Source: a virus
Taxonomy: Duplodnaviria > Caudoviricetes
DNA: 51,728 nt
Strand: one strand, 5' to 3'
IMG/VR virus record: IMGVR_UViG_3300042326_001602
Location: 1 to 51,728 of that record
Shown here in pieces: positions 28,944 to 36,628 of the stretch. The notes beneath the pieces are model-generated. The model searched no databases. It was not told the origin of the DNA and saw only the letters and a program-made list of their open reading frames with translations. The first letter of the stretch is position 1. Every line of letters begins with the position of its first letter. A program made the position numbers and the translations under genes.

Positions 28944-30136
28944 TAGAACTTGCCGGGGAAGTAATACATGCTGCGCGGATCAGAGGCGCCTTCGACCATC
29001 GGCTCAATCAGCTGGTAAAGCGGCTCGAGCGGGTTGCGGGGCGCCGCGCGCATGGTCGGACCCTGCACGGGACGCAGACCGGCCGGGGGAGCAAACCGGT
29101 TGTTGCGCGGGTCAATCAGGAAGTCACCGAAGTTGCGCTCCACGTAGCCGGGGATCTGACCGATGGCATCCGCGGCCTGCCCGGCGACATCGAGGCCGGT
29201 ACGGCGATACTCGCCGAGGGCTTCGTTGGCGCGATCAAAGTCGTACTGGTCGGAGTTGAAGTACGCCGGGCCCTGCGTTGCAAGTCCGGAGATGATGTCG
29301 CCGGCTTCGCTTGCAAGTCGGTTCGGCATCGAAGGCACAAGCGGGTTGTCGCGGTTCATCGCGAACCGCTGCTCCTGGGTCTGTCGAGCGCGCTGCATCT
29401 CCGGGGAGAACTGCATGGAGGGAGCGGGCGCACCGGAGGGCGCGGAGAACGCACTGGAAATCAGGGCATTGCTGCGAGTCTGATCGGGAGAAACACGAGC
29501 CTGCTTAGCCGGCTTGCGACTTGCAAGCTCACGGTCAACGGCGGCACGGGTGTCGGCAACTTCGGCGCGACGCTGGTTGTCGTACCGAGCCTGGCTGACG
29601 GCCGCAGGCACGTACTCGGCCTTGGGTGCGGCGGGCATTCGGGACTCGGCGCGGGCCTCAAGCGCGTTGAGGTACTCGGAGGGAACCTCCGGGGTGGTGG
29701 GGGAATACGCCTGGCTCGGCGTGGACACCGGCTGCTTGAGCAGGTCAAGGGGACTGACGCGGCGCTCGGGCACGGGCTTCTTACGAGCCTCGCCGATCAT
29801 CTCAATCGAACGAGCGGAGGCAGCCTTGTTCTTTGCCTCGCGATCAGCGCGGTCACGGTCAACGATTGCCTTTGCGGCACGGGCCTTGATCTGTTCCTTC
29901 TCGGTTCGGGCTGCGGTTTCCTTTGCCTTGCGCTCCTCCGCCTGCTTGCGTCGCTTGGCATGGAAGGCTTCCATCGAAGCTTCGCGTTCGGAACGGGTTC
30001 TTGCGCGACCGCGCTCACGGGGATCGGTGCCACTGGTGCCGAGCACGCCGAGACGGCCGTGAGCGGGGTGCGCGTAGTCTGCGGAAGGTCGGCGATTTCC
30101 ACCGAAGTCGCTTGACGGAATGAAGAAGATCGACAT
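28940..30136 (-). CDS. Low-complexity A/R/P-rich protein (398 aa); first gene of the late arm
   Basis: Long ORF divergent from the helicase gene with a 26-bp gap. Confidence 0.6.
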   Translation of the reverse strand: MSIFFIPSSDFGGNRRPSADYAHPAHGRLGVLGTSGTDPRERGRARTRSEREASMEAFHAKRRKQAEERKAKETAARTEKEQIKARAAKAIVDRDRADREAKNKAASARSIEMIGEARKKPVPERRVSPLDLLKQPVSTPSQAYSPTTPEVPSEYLNALEARAESRMPAAPKAEYVPAAVSQARYDNQRRAEVADTRAAVDRELASRKPAKQARVSPDQTRSNALISSAFSAPSGAPAPSMQFSPEMQRARQTQEQRFAMNRDNPLVPSMPNRLASEAGDIISGLATQGPAYFNSDQYDFDRANEALGEYRRTGLDVAGQAADAIGQIPGYVERNFGDFLIDPRNNRFAPPAGLRPVQGPTMRAAPRNPLEPLYQLIEPMVEGASDPRSMYYFPGKFY

Positions 30137-30162
30137 AATGGTCGTTCCAACAAGGAGAGAAG

Positions 30163-31578
30163 ATGACAGACTGGTTGCAGCAGCCGTTGCAGTCCCTCGA
30201 GCCCGTGAAGGTCGCGAGGAGAATCCTGCAGAGACAGTTTACAGCACCCGGCGGAATGCGCGGGCTATGGAGATGGAAGAATGACTGGTGGAGCTGGGAG
30301 GGCGGAACGTGGCGCGTCCTCGACGAGGAGCGGATCAGGGACCGTGTGTGGCTCGTGCTCGAGGATGCCGTGTTCGAGCGGCAGACCCAGAACGGGCCAG
30401 TGCTGGTGCGGTACAGCCCAGACAAGCAGAAGGTCGACGGGGTCGTCCGTGCGCTCGAGGCGCTGGTTCGCATCGAGGCTGAGGAGGTTCCGCTCTGGCT
30501 TGCGGAGCCGGATGAGCGGTTCCCCGTGGGGTCGACTGTTGCTTTCCGAGATCGGCTGGTTAATGTAAGGACGCTGGAGACCATGGAGCGACCGGCGAGG
30601 TGGTTTGACACGGCCATTCTGCCGGTGACGTACCAGCCAGATGCCCCCACCAGCCGTTGGTTGCAGGCGGTGTCGGAGTGGGGTGAGGGTGATCCCGTGT
30701 GGGCTGAGCTGCTGGCGCGGTGGATGGGCTATTGCCTCATGGGTAGCCGTCAGTATGCGCGGTGGATGCTCATGTACGGGAAGATCCGTGGGGGTAAGGG
30801 CACGATCAGCAGCGTGATCCGGAAGTTGGTGGGGCGCGATGCGTTCATGGGCGCGAGCCTGGAGGACCTGGCCGGCGGGTTCGGCATGGATGGGCTTGAG
30901 CGCACGAAGGTGCTGAGCATCAACGAGGTGAGTGAGCTGGATGGGAAGAGCGGCGAGCGGGTGTGCCGGGTGGTCAAGAACATCGTTGGCCGGGACCCGA
31001 TGACCGTGGATGCAAAGTACATGAGGCAGCAGCGGAACGTGATCGTGAACGCGGCGGTCATCATGCAGAGCAACGAGATCCCCGTGCTGCCCAATAAGGG
31101 GCGCGGGTTGAGTGGGAAGATGCTGGTTCTGCCTTTTGAGGTCAGCTTTGAGGGCAAGGAGGACCTGGATCTGGAGGGGGAGCTGGATCGGGAGTTGGCG
31201 GGGATTGCGGCGTGGGCCGTGGCTGGAGCGCATCGGCTGGAGAACAGCCGGGCGTCAGAGAGGTGGCCGGTGCCGAAGGCTGCGGAGCGGGCGGTGCACA
31301 TGTACCACCTGCAGAACAACCCGTTCGATGCGTTCCTCGAGGCGCGGTTCGTGCAGCGGAAGGACGGGTTCGTGAGCAATGGAATGGTCCGTGCGCAGTG
31401 GGAGGCGTGGACCAAGGCGAACAAGATCCGGATGCACGTGGCGAATAACATGCTGCCGATGAAGATCGCGCAGGGCAGCAGCTGGGACCTGAGGCAGGTG
31501 CGGCTGGCTGAAAGTCAGGGGCATGAGCGGGGAATTGCTGGGATGAGCCTCCGGAAGGAGTACGATGATGAGCACTAG
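30163..31578 (+). CDS. SF3 (D5 / P4-family) DNA helicase without an N-terminal primase domain
   Basis: D5_N-like N-terminus, Walker A GKIRGGKGT, Walker B SINEVSE, motif C MQSNEIP; AAGGAG RBS. Confidence 0.88.
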   Translation: MTDWLQQPLQSLEPVKVARRILQRQFTAPGGMRGLWRWKNDWWSWEGGTWRVLDEERIRDRVWLVLEDAVFERQTQNGPVLVRYSPDKQKVDGVVRALEALVRIEAEEVPLWLAEPDERFPVGSTVAFRDRLVNVRTLETMERPARWFDTAILPVTYQPDAPTSRWLQAVSEWGEGDPVWAELLARWMGYCLMGSRQYARWMLMYGKIRGGKGTISSVIRKLVGRDAFMGASLEDLAGGFGMDGLERTKVLSINEVSELDGKSGERVCRVVKNIVGRDPMTVDAKYMRQQRNVIVNAAVIMQSNEIPVLPNKGRGLSGKMLVLPFEVSFEGKEDLDLEGELDRELAGIAAWAVAGAHRLENSRASERWPVPKAAERAVHMYHLQNNPFDAFLEARFVQRKDGFVSNGMVRAQWEAWTKANKIRMHVANNMLPMKIAQGSSWDLRQVRLAESQGHERGIAGMSLRKEYDDEH

Positions 31579-31586
31579 GAGGCCCG

Positions 31587-31838
31587 ATGAACCCAGACCA
31601 GAACGAGATGATGGGCTGCGAACAGGTGATGGGGGTGGTGATGGGCGATGTCAGCCAGAGGGCGAATGCCGCATTGAAGTATCTGGACTGGCTCGAGGGG
31701 GTGACTGGGCCACGCTGGATTGGTACCGACAAGGGAGCCGTCAAGCAGGACGGACGGAAGGCAAGCGACGGCGAAATTGAGGTCCGGAAGGCAGCTCTGC
31801 ACTATTTGCGGCTGCACTTCCTGGGCGAGATGGACTAA
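31587..31838 (+). CDS. Hypothetical protein (83 aa)
   Basis: AGGAGG RBS; followed by a terminator-like hairpin. Confidence 0.65.
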   Translation: MNPDQNEMMGCEQVMGVVMGDVSQRANAALKYLDWLEGVTGPRWIGTDKGAVKQDGRKASDGEIEVRKAALHYLRLHFLGEMD

Positions 31839-31858
31839 ACTAGGCCTCTTCTCTCCAT

Positions 31859-31898
31859 GCGCCCCCTGCCGTTCTCGGACGGTGGGGGGTGTCTTTTA
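31859..31898 (+). terminator. Terminator-like hairpin after the helicase operon
   Basis: GCGCCCCCTGCCG...CGGTGGGGGGTGT followed by CTTTTA. Confidence 0.55.
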
Positions 31899-31914
31899 TG
31901 CAGGGGGTGGGTGC

Positions 31915-32060
31915 ATATGCAGGGATGATACCGGGGGTACCGGACTGACCTGTGCGTTTCTATCCTTTATATATATATGTCTCTACGTAAGAAAGAAGGG
32001 TTGGTATTACTGGTACGGGTTAGGGATTTGGTAGGGAATTTTGAGAGGGATTGACCCTTT
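31915..32060. other. Putative replication origin or genome-end region
   Basis: TATATATATAT at 31968-31978 flanked by TACC (left) and GGTA (right) repeats; G-to-C skew switch; downstream of the SF3 helicase. Confidence 0.55.
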
Positions 32061-32305
32061 CCCCCACAGGCTGACGCCACGCCGGGGGCCGCGCCCCCCT
32101 CCGCTGCGCACGCCTACACAGCCAGCCTACCGCAGGCCGATAACACACGCCACAGGCACGCAGACCACAGCCGTTGACGCTCACGCTCTTGCGAGTCGGC
32201 AAGGATCCTCCCCCCCTGCTGCGAGGGGGGAGATGTCTTTTCTTTCCGCACGTCGCGGATACGGCATCTTCCTCTATACCACACGTTCCGCGAAAGGAAC
32301 ACGCC

Positions 32306-32710
32306 ATGAAGCAGTCCGAGTTCGCCGCCATCGTCGCCTCGCTCCAGTCCGAGATCGCCTCGCTCAAGCAGCAGGTCGCCGCCCGCCCCGCGATGGAGCG
32401 CGACACCACGGTCGTCGTCGTCGACCGCCTCGCGCCGTCGGAGTCCGGCAAGCCCCGCGTCCGCGTCCGCATCAGCAACACGGGCGCGAAGCCGATCGTC
32501 GTGCAGCCGGGCACCGAGCACTCGTTCTTCGCCAACGAGTTCGTCCGCGACATCAGCGGCGGCAAGCGCAACGGCTTCTACTGCCGCCCGATGACGGACG
32601 GCGTCAAGCCGATCGGCGAGCAGCAGGGCTCGCCCGCCGCCGCGAACGCGATCGCCGCGGCCACGCCTGCGCCGGCGCCGGTCGCGTCTGACGACGATCA
32701 GAAGTTCTGA
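32306..32710 (+). CDS. Early hypothetical protein (134 aa)
   Basis: GCGAAAGGAACACGCC before ATG 32306; extreme GC3 bias. Confidence 0.8.
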   Translation: MKQSEFAAIVASLQSEIASLKQQVAARPAMERDTTVVVVDRLAPSESGKPRVRVRISNTGAKPIVVQPGTEHSFFANEFVRDISGGKRNGFYCRPMTDGVKPIGEQQGSPAAANAIAAATPAPAPVASDDDQKF

Positions 32711-32725
32711 GCCGATGCAGCGGGA

Positions 32726-32750
32726 GGGGGGCTGGAGCAATCCAGCCCCC
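32726..32750 (+). promoter_or_regulatory. Strong hairpin with a GCAA loop
   Basis: GGGGGCTGGA-GCAA-TCCAGCCCCC. Confidence 0.6.
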
Positions 32751-32902
32751 TTCGCGCCGGCTAGCGCCTGGGCGTCCCTGGGGCGACCTTTCCCACCCCG
32801 CCGTCTCTGCTGTTTCCCCCTCTCTCTGGGGAGGGGGTGTTTTCTCTTTCCCCGACGCAGCGCGTGCTGCGTCCTCACCACAGTCCGCGAAAGGACACGA
32901 CC

Positions 32903-33286
32903 GTGCACAAGACGAACGAACTCACCGACTTCCTCCACGCCGCAATCACCGCTCAGAAGGTGATCATCGAGCGGCAGGCGGACCTGATCCAGCGCCAGAT
33001 GGAGATGATCCGGACGCTCATGTCCGACCAGCGTCAGATGGTGCAACTCGTCAGGACGCTGAGCCTCGACACCGTCGCCCAGAAGAACGACTACACCGCC
33101 CCGGAGGTCGTCCTCGACGGCAGCGCCGTCAAGTGGGAAGACGACAAATCGGAGGACATGGACCCGGAGCCGCACGGCAGCCGCGACCCCATCGGTCCGC
33201 GTGACCTGATGCCCGAGTGCCAGGCCTGCGGCAACTCCGTCCCGCTCGACGCCGACTGCCGGTGCTCCGGCTGCGGCAACGGCTGA
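32903..33286 (+). CDS. Early protein (127 aa): coiled coil plus C-terminal Cys cluster
   Basis: GCGAAAGGACACGACC before GTG 32903; CQACG...CRCSGC. Confidence 0.75.
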   Translation: MHKTNELTDFLHAAITAQKVIIERQADLIQRQMEMIRTLMSDQRQMVQLVRTLSLDTVAQKNDYTAPEVVLDGSAVKWEDDKSEDMDPEPHGSRDPIGPRDLMPECQACGNSVPLDADCRCSGCGNG

Positions 33287-33339
33287 TCCACCGGGGCGAT
33301 GCGACCGCCCCATTCCCCCACCATCCGAAAGGACACGAC

Positions 33340-33504
33340 ATGAAGACCTGCCCCAACTGCGGCGGAAACATCATCGGTGACGGCGTCACCACCCCTCTCG
33401 CCTGCGAGAACGTCGACACCGCTCTCGTACCCGAAGAAGTCGACGGCGACATCATCTTCTGCGACCGCTCCGAGGACTACGAAGACCAGGTCCTCCCACG
33501 CTGA
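33340..33504 (+). CDS. Small acidic Zn-ribbon-like protein (54 aa, MKTCPNCGG...)
   Basis: CCGAAAGGACACGAC RBS; four Cys. Confidence 0.75.
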   Translation: MKTCPNCGGNIIGDGVTTPLACENVDTALVPEEVDGDIIFCDRSEDYEDQVLPR

Positions 33505-33535
33505 ACCCACCCACACCCACCCCGAAAGGACACGC

Positions 33536-33685
33536 ATGGACAACCCAACCCGGTGCGAGTGCTGCGACAAGGAGTTCACCGACTCCGACGACGCCTGGCC
33601 CTGCACCCACCACGAGCCGGACGGAACCCCCGACACGTACTACCTCTGCCGCAACTGCATGGGCGTCGACCCCAAGGAGACCTGA
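33536..33685 (+). CDS. Small acidic Zn-finger-like protein (49 aa, CECC...CRNC)
   Basis: CCGAAAGGACACGC RBS. Confidence 0.75.
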   Translation: MDNPTRCECCDKEFTDSDDAWPCTHHEPDGTPDTYYLCRNCMGVDPKET

Positions 33686-33686
33686 C

Positions 33687-33902
33687 ATGGACCCGATCAT
33701 CTACCTCACCATCTCGCAGACCCAGGGACAGGCCGTCATGCAGATCACCGGCCAGCGCATCCAGGACCTCTCGGAACGGCTCACCTACGACCACACCACC
33801 ACGTCCCGCTCCGACCTGCTCTGCCAGATCAAACTCCTCACCGAAATCATCGCCGAGGTCAACCACGCCATCCGCCGTGCCGATGAAGCCAAGACGTTCT
33901 GA
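33687..33902 (+). CDS. Hypothetical protein (71 aa)
   Basis: AAGGAG RBS; 1 bp after the upstream stop. Confidence 0.7.
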   Translation: MDPIIYLTISQTQGQAVMQITGQRIQDLSERLTYDHTTTSRSDLLCQIKLLTEIIAEVNHAIRRADEAKTF

Positions 33903-34075
33903 CTTCCTCCTTTCACCCTCTCTCCTGTGGAGAGGGTGTTCTCTTTCTTTCTTACCCCTGGGACTACCACTCCCACCTCGTTCTCCTCCCGTGCGGGGGG
34001 AGTGCTTGCGCACCCCCCGCACGGGGGTGCAACCGTTTCTTTCTTCTTACTTCTTTCCTTACTTCGGAGATTGCC

Positions 34076-34678
34076 ATGACTGAGATCAAGTTCGACTCGC
34101 TCGCCAACGCCGACTTCGGCACGTTCGCCAACCCGACGCCGACCGACTACCCGGCCGGCCGCTACTCCGCCACCATCAACCGCGTCGTGCCCCAGACCGC
34201 CGACAAGTCCGGCAAGTTCTGCCTCCGCTTCCAGGTCCAGATCGCCGTCGACAAGTTCGAGGGCAAGCCGCAGCTCCGCCTGAACGACTTCGTCTCCTTC
34301 ACCGGACCGAACGGCTTCATGTGGGCTGGTGCCAACGTCTTCTGCGACCTGGCCGTCATCTCCGGCCTCGACCGCGACGAGGTCTACGCCAGCTGCAAGA
34401 ACCTCGCCAAGGCCCTCGAGTCCGGTGACATCCTCGCCATCCGCGACACCTTCCTCGCCTTGGCCGAGGTCGCCAAGACGTTCGTCGGCTCCCGCATCGC
34501 GCCCAACATCGCTTGGACCGAGGACGGGAAGTTCGCCAACGTCAGGGGCAGCAAGACCGTGCCGTCCTATGTCTCCGCCCGCAACGAGACCGACCCCGGC
34601 GCCTCGTTCACCGGCGACGACTGCGACATGGAGCGACAGCCCAAGCCGAAGCGCAACCTGAAGGCTGTCCGCCGCTGA
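34076..34678 (+). CDS. Putative ssDNA-binding protein, DUF669-like (200 aa)
   Basis: YPAGRYSATINRV...LRFQV...FEGK pattern; GGAG RBS; strong codon bias. Confidence 0.55.
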   Translation: MTEIKFDSLANADFGTFANPTPTDYPAGRYSATINRVVPQTADKSGKFCLRFQVQIAVDKFEGKPQLRLNDFVSFTGPNGFMWAGANVFCDLAVISGLDRDEVYASCKNLAKALESGDILAIRDTFLALAEVAKTFVGSRIAPNIAWTEDGKFANVRGSKTVPSYVSARNETDPGASFTGDDCDMERQPKPKRNLKAVRR

Positions 34679-34750
34679 TCCATCCGCTCGCTCCCCCACC
34701 GGCCTCTGCTCTGCACGCCGGTGGGGGACGGGCATCGCGAAAGGAATCCG

Positions 34751-35350
34751 ATGTCCACCCACAAGCCAATGCTCCCCTCGCTCGCCGTCTCAGCCCTGCT
34801 CGTCCCGCTTCCATTCTCGTCCTGGGTCGTCCGCCACGCGGAGATCGACGCTCACACCCCGTCCACCCTGCCCAACCTCCCGCTCACCGAGGACCACCGT
34901 CCCTACCTCTCGCCCCCATCCTCCGACGCCATCGAGCCCATCCCGTTCCCGGCCGAGGACGACGGCACCTTCGCCGAGGAGTTCTCGTTCCGCGCCGCAT
35001 GGGAACTGACCCGATCGCTCGAGTCCCTGCCCCCAGCCTGGCGCTCCGCGTACCGTCGCTGGAACCGCACCCTCTCCGAGCAGCACCGACTCTCGATGGC
35101 CGCAGGCGGAGCGCACCGCTTCGCACAGCACGAGCCCATCGTCATCCACACTCCGCCCCGTCCTCCAGCCCCGACCGTCATCCTCTCCGGCCACGCGACC
35201 GATGTCCGGCGCGCCATGCGTTCGCGCCTGTACCGCCGGCTCGGTATCGTCCGCTGCGCCCGCACCAATCGCCTTGCCCGCGACCCCGACTCGTCGTGGA
35301 CATCGCACGCACCACTCGACCGCCGCGTCCTGTGGGCGCAGCCCTCCTGA
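34751..35350 (+). CDS. Hypothetical Pro/Arg-rich protein (199 aa)
   Basis: GCGAAAGGAATCCG before ATG 34751. Confidence 0.55.
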   Translation: MSTHKPMLPSLAVSALLVPLPFSSWVVRHAEIDAHTPSTLPNLPLTEDHRPYLSPPSSDAIEPIPFPAEDDGTFAEEFSFRAAWELTRSLESLPPAWRSAYRRWNRTLSEQHRLSMAAGGAHRFAQHEPIVIHTPPRPPAPTVILSGHATDVRRAMRSRLYRRLGIVRCARTNRLARDPDSSWTSHAPLDRRVLWAQPS

Positions 35351-35353
35351 TCC

Positions 35354-35478
35354 GTCGACAGCCCTCCGTAACTCGGTGGCGTCCCATAGGGACAATGCCT
35401 TCCCGTAGTGGAAACAACCGATGGCGGGCAACCGTAGCAGCCAAAGTCCCGGCTAGCCGTACGACCCAGGGCAACTGA
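35354..35478 (+). ncRNA. Candidate structured non-coding RNA
   Basis: Nested stems in an intergenic gap: TCGGT/ACCGA, GTCCC/GGGAC, CGG-GCAA-CCG, AGCC/GGCT, CAG/CTG. Confidence 0.35.
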
Positions 35479-35488
35479 TCCTTTCGCA

Positions 35489-35543
35489 TCCCCCGCGCAG
35501 GGCCGCGTTGCGTCCCCTGCGCGGGGGACTTCTTCTTTTCTTG
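35489..35543 (+). terminator. Intrinsic terminator-like hairpin
   Basis: TCCCCCGCGCAGGG...CCCTGCGCGGGGGA followed by CTTCTTCTTTTCTT. Confidence 0.7.
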
Positions 35544-35567
35544 TCCGCCTCCGGACCAAGTCATCCC

Positions 35568-35843
35568 ATGTCGACCCCCATCACCGCCAAGTACCAGATC
35601 TTCTGCGCCATCAACACCTACGGCCGCATCATGCAGGTCTGGGGCACACCGTCCGGCGCATTCCCCGAGGTCATCGCCACCGACTTCCCCGACCCAGACA
35701 CCTGCACAACCCACCTCGTCTGCGCAACCAACTCCTTCACCGAAGCCTTCCGCTCGTGGTCCGGCAACGCCCACGTCTGCCGCAACACCTGCCGATACCT
35801 CGCCGTCAGCTGCCACACCATCAACCCCGAACTCGAGGACTGA
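35568..35843 (+). CDS. Hypothetical protein (91 aa)
   Basis: ATG 35568; strong codon bias. Confidence 0.65.
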   Translation: MSTPITAKYQIFCAINTYGRIMQVWGTPSGAFPEVIATDFPDPDTCTTHLVCATNSFTEAFRSWSGNAHVCRNTCRYLAVSCHTINPELED

Positions 35844-35846
35844 ACC

Positions 35847-36626
35847 ATGCCTGCCCCCACCAACCACCTCTATCTCCACTGCGGCGCGTCCGAGATCGCC
35901 TTCGATGACCTCGCCATGATCGTCCCGCCCGAGCCCACTCCCTCGTGGCACCCCATCCCCCACGCCAGCTACGTCACCGCCATCCGTGACTCCATCTCCA
36001 TGCTCGGCGGTCGCATCACGTCGCAGACCCTCGCCATCAAGCCCGGTCACACCGGCGCCGACAAGCTCTTCGGCCTCATCGAGTTCGAGCATCCGCGCAT
36101 CACACCCCGACCCTCGGGCACCGTGGGCTTCGGGTTCCGCGGATCGTGGGACAAGACCTTCGCCCAGTCCGGCATGCTCTCGTTCCGCACTTTCGTGTGC
36201 GACAACATGGCGATGTCCGGCGGCGATGCCATCTCGTTCCACCGCAAGAACACGCCCGGTCTCGCCGACAACTACGAGACCACCATCGCCACGGCCATGA
36301 TTGACTTCATCGCCCACGCGAACCGCTTCGTCGGCACGCTCAACGACTTCGACATGTACGCCCTGCCCGACACCCGTGAGTTCATCGACACCACTGCCTG
36401 CGCTCTCGCCGACAGAGGCGCAGTCCTGTGGCAGAACGTCCCCCACCTGCGCCGTGAACTCTCCAACCCCGCCGGTCCCGGCGGCCTGTTCCCCGACCGC
36501 TCCGCCGGTCTCACCAAGGGCCTCGTACTTCAGGCCATCACCGAAGTTGAGAAGCGTTCGCTCAACGCCCTCTCCACCGTCGACCGCATGCAGTCCGCCA
36601 CCGCTTACCTCCAAGAGATCTGCTGA
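35847..36626 (+). CDS. DUF932-family protein
   Basis: W.PIPH, GFRGSWDK and R.FVCDN motifs, recognised from memory. Confidence 0.8.
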   Translation: MPAPTNHLYLHCGASEIAFDDLAMIVPPEPTPSWHPIPHASYVTAIRDSISMLGGRITSQTLAIKPGHTGADKLFGLIEFEHPRITPRPSGTVGFGFRGSWDKTFAQSGMLSFRTFVCDNMAMSGGDAISFHRKNTPGLADNYETTIATAMIDFIAHANRFVGTLNDFDMYALPDTREFIDTTACALADRGAVLWQNVPHLRRELSNPAGPGGLFPDRSAGLTKGLVLQAITEVEKRSLNALSTVDRMQSATAYLQEIC

Positions 36627-36628
36627 CC

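Noticed and set aside
35354-35478. Group I intron or SAM-I / c-di-GMP riboswitch, suggested by GCAGCCAA and GGCAACC
   Set aside because: Required partner elements are missing (group I R/S elements; SAM-I GGTGC and AUC/GAU), and no gene is interrupted.
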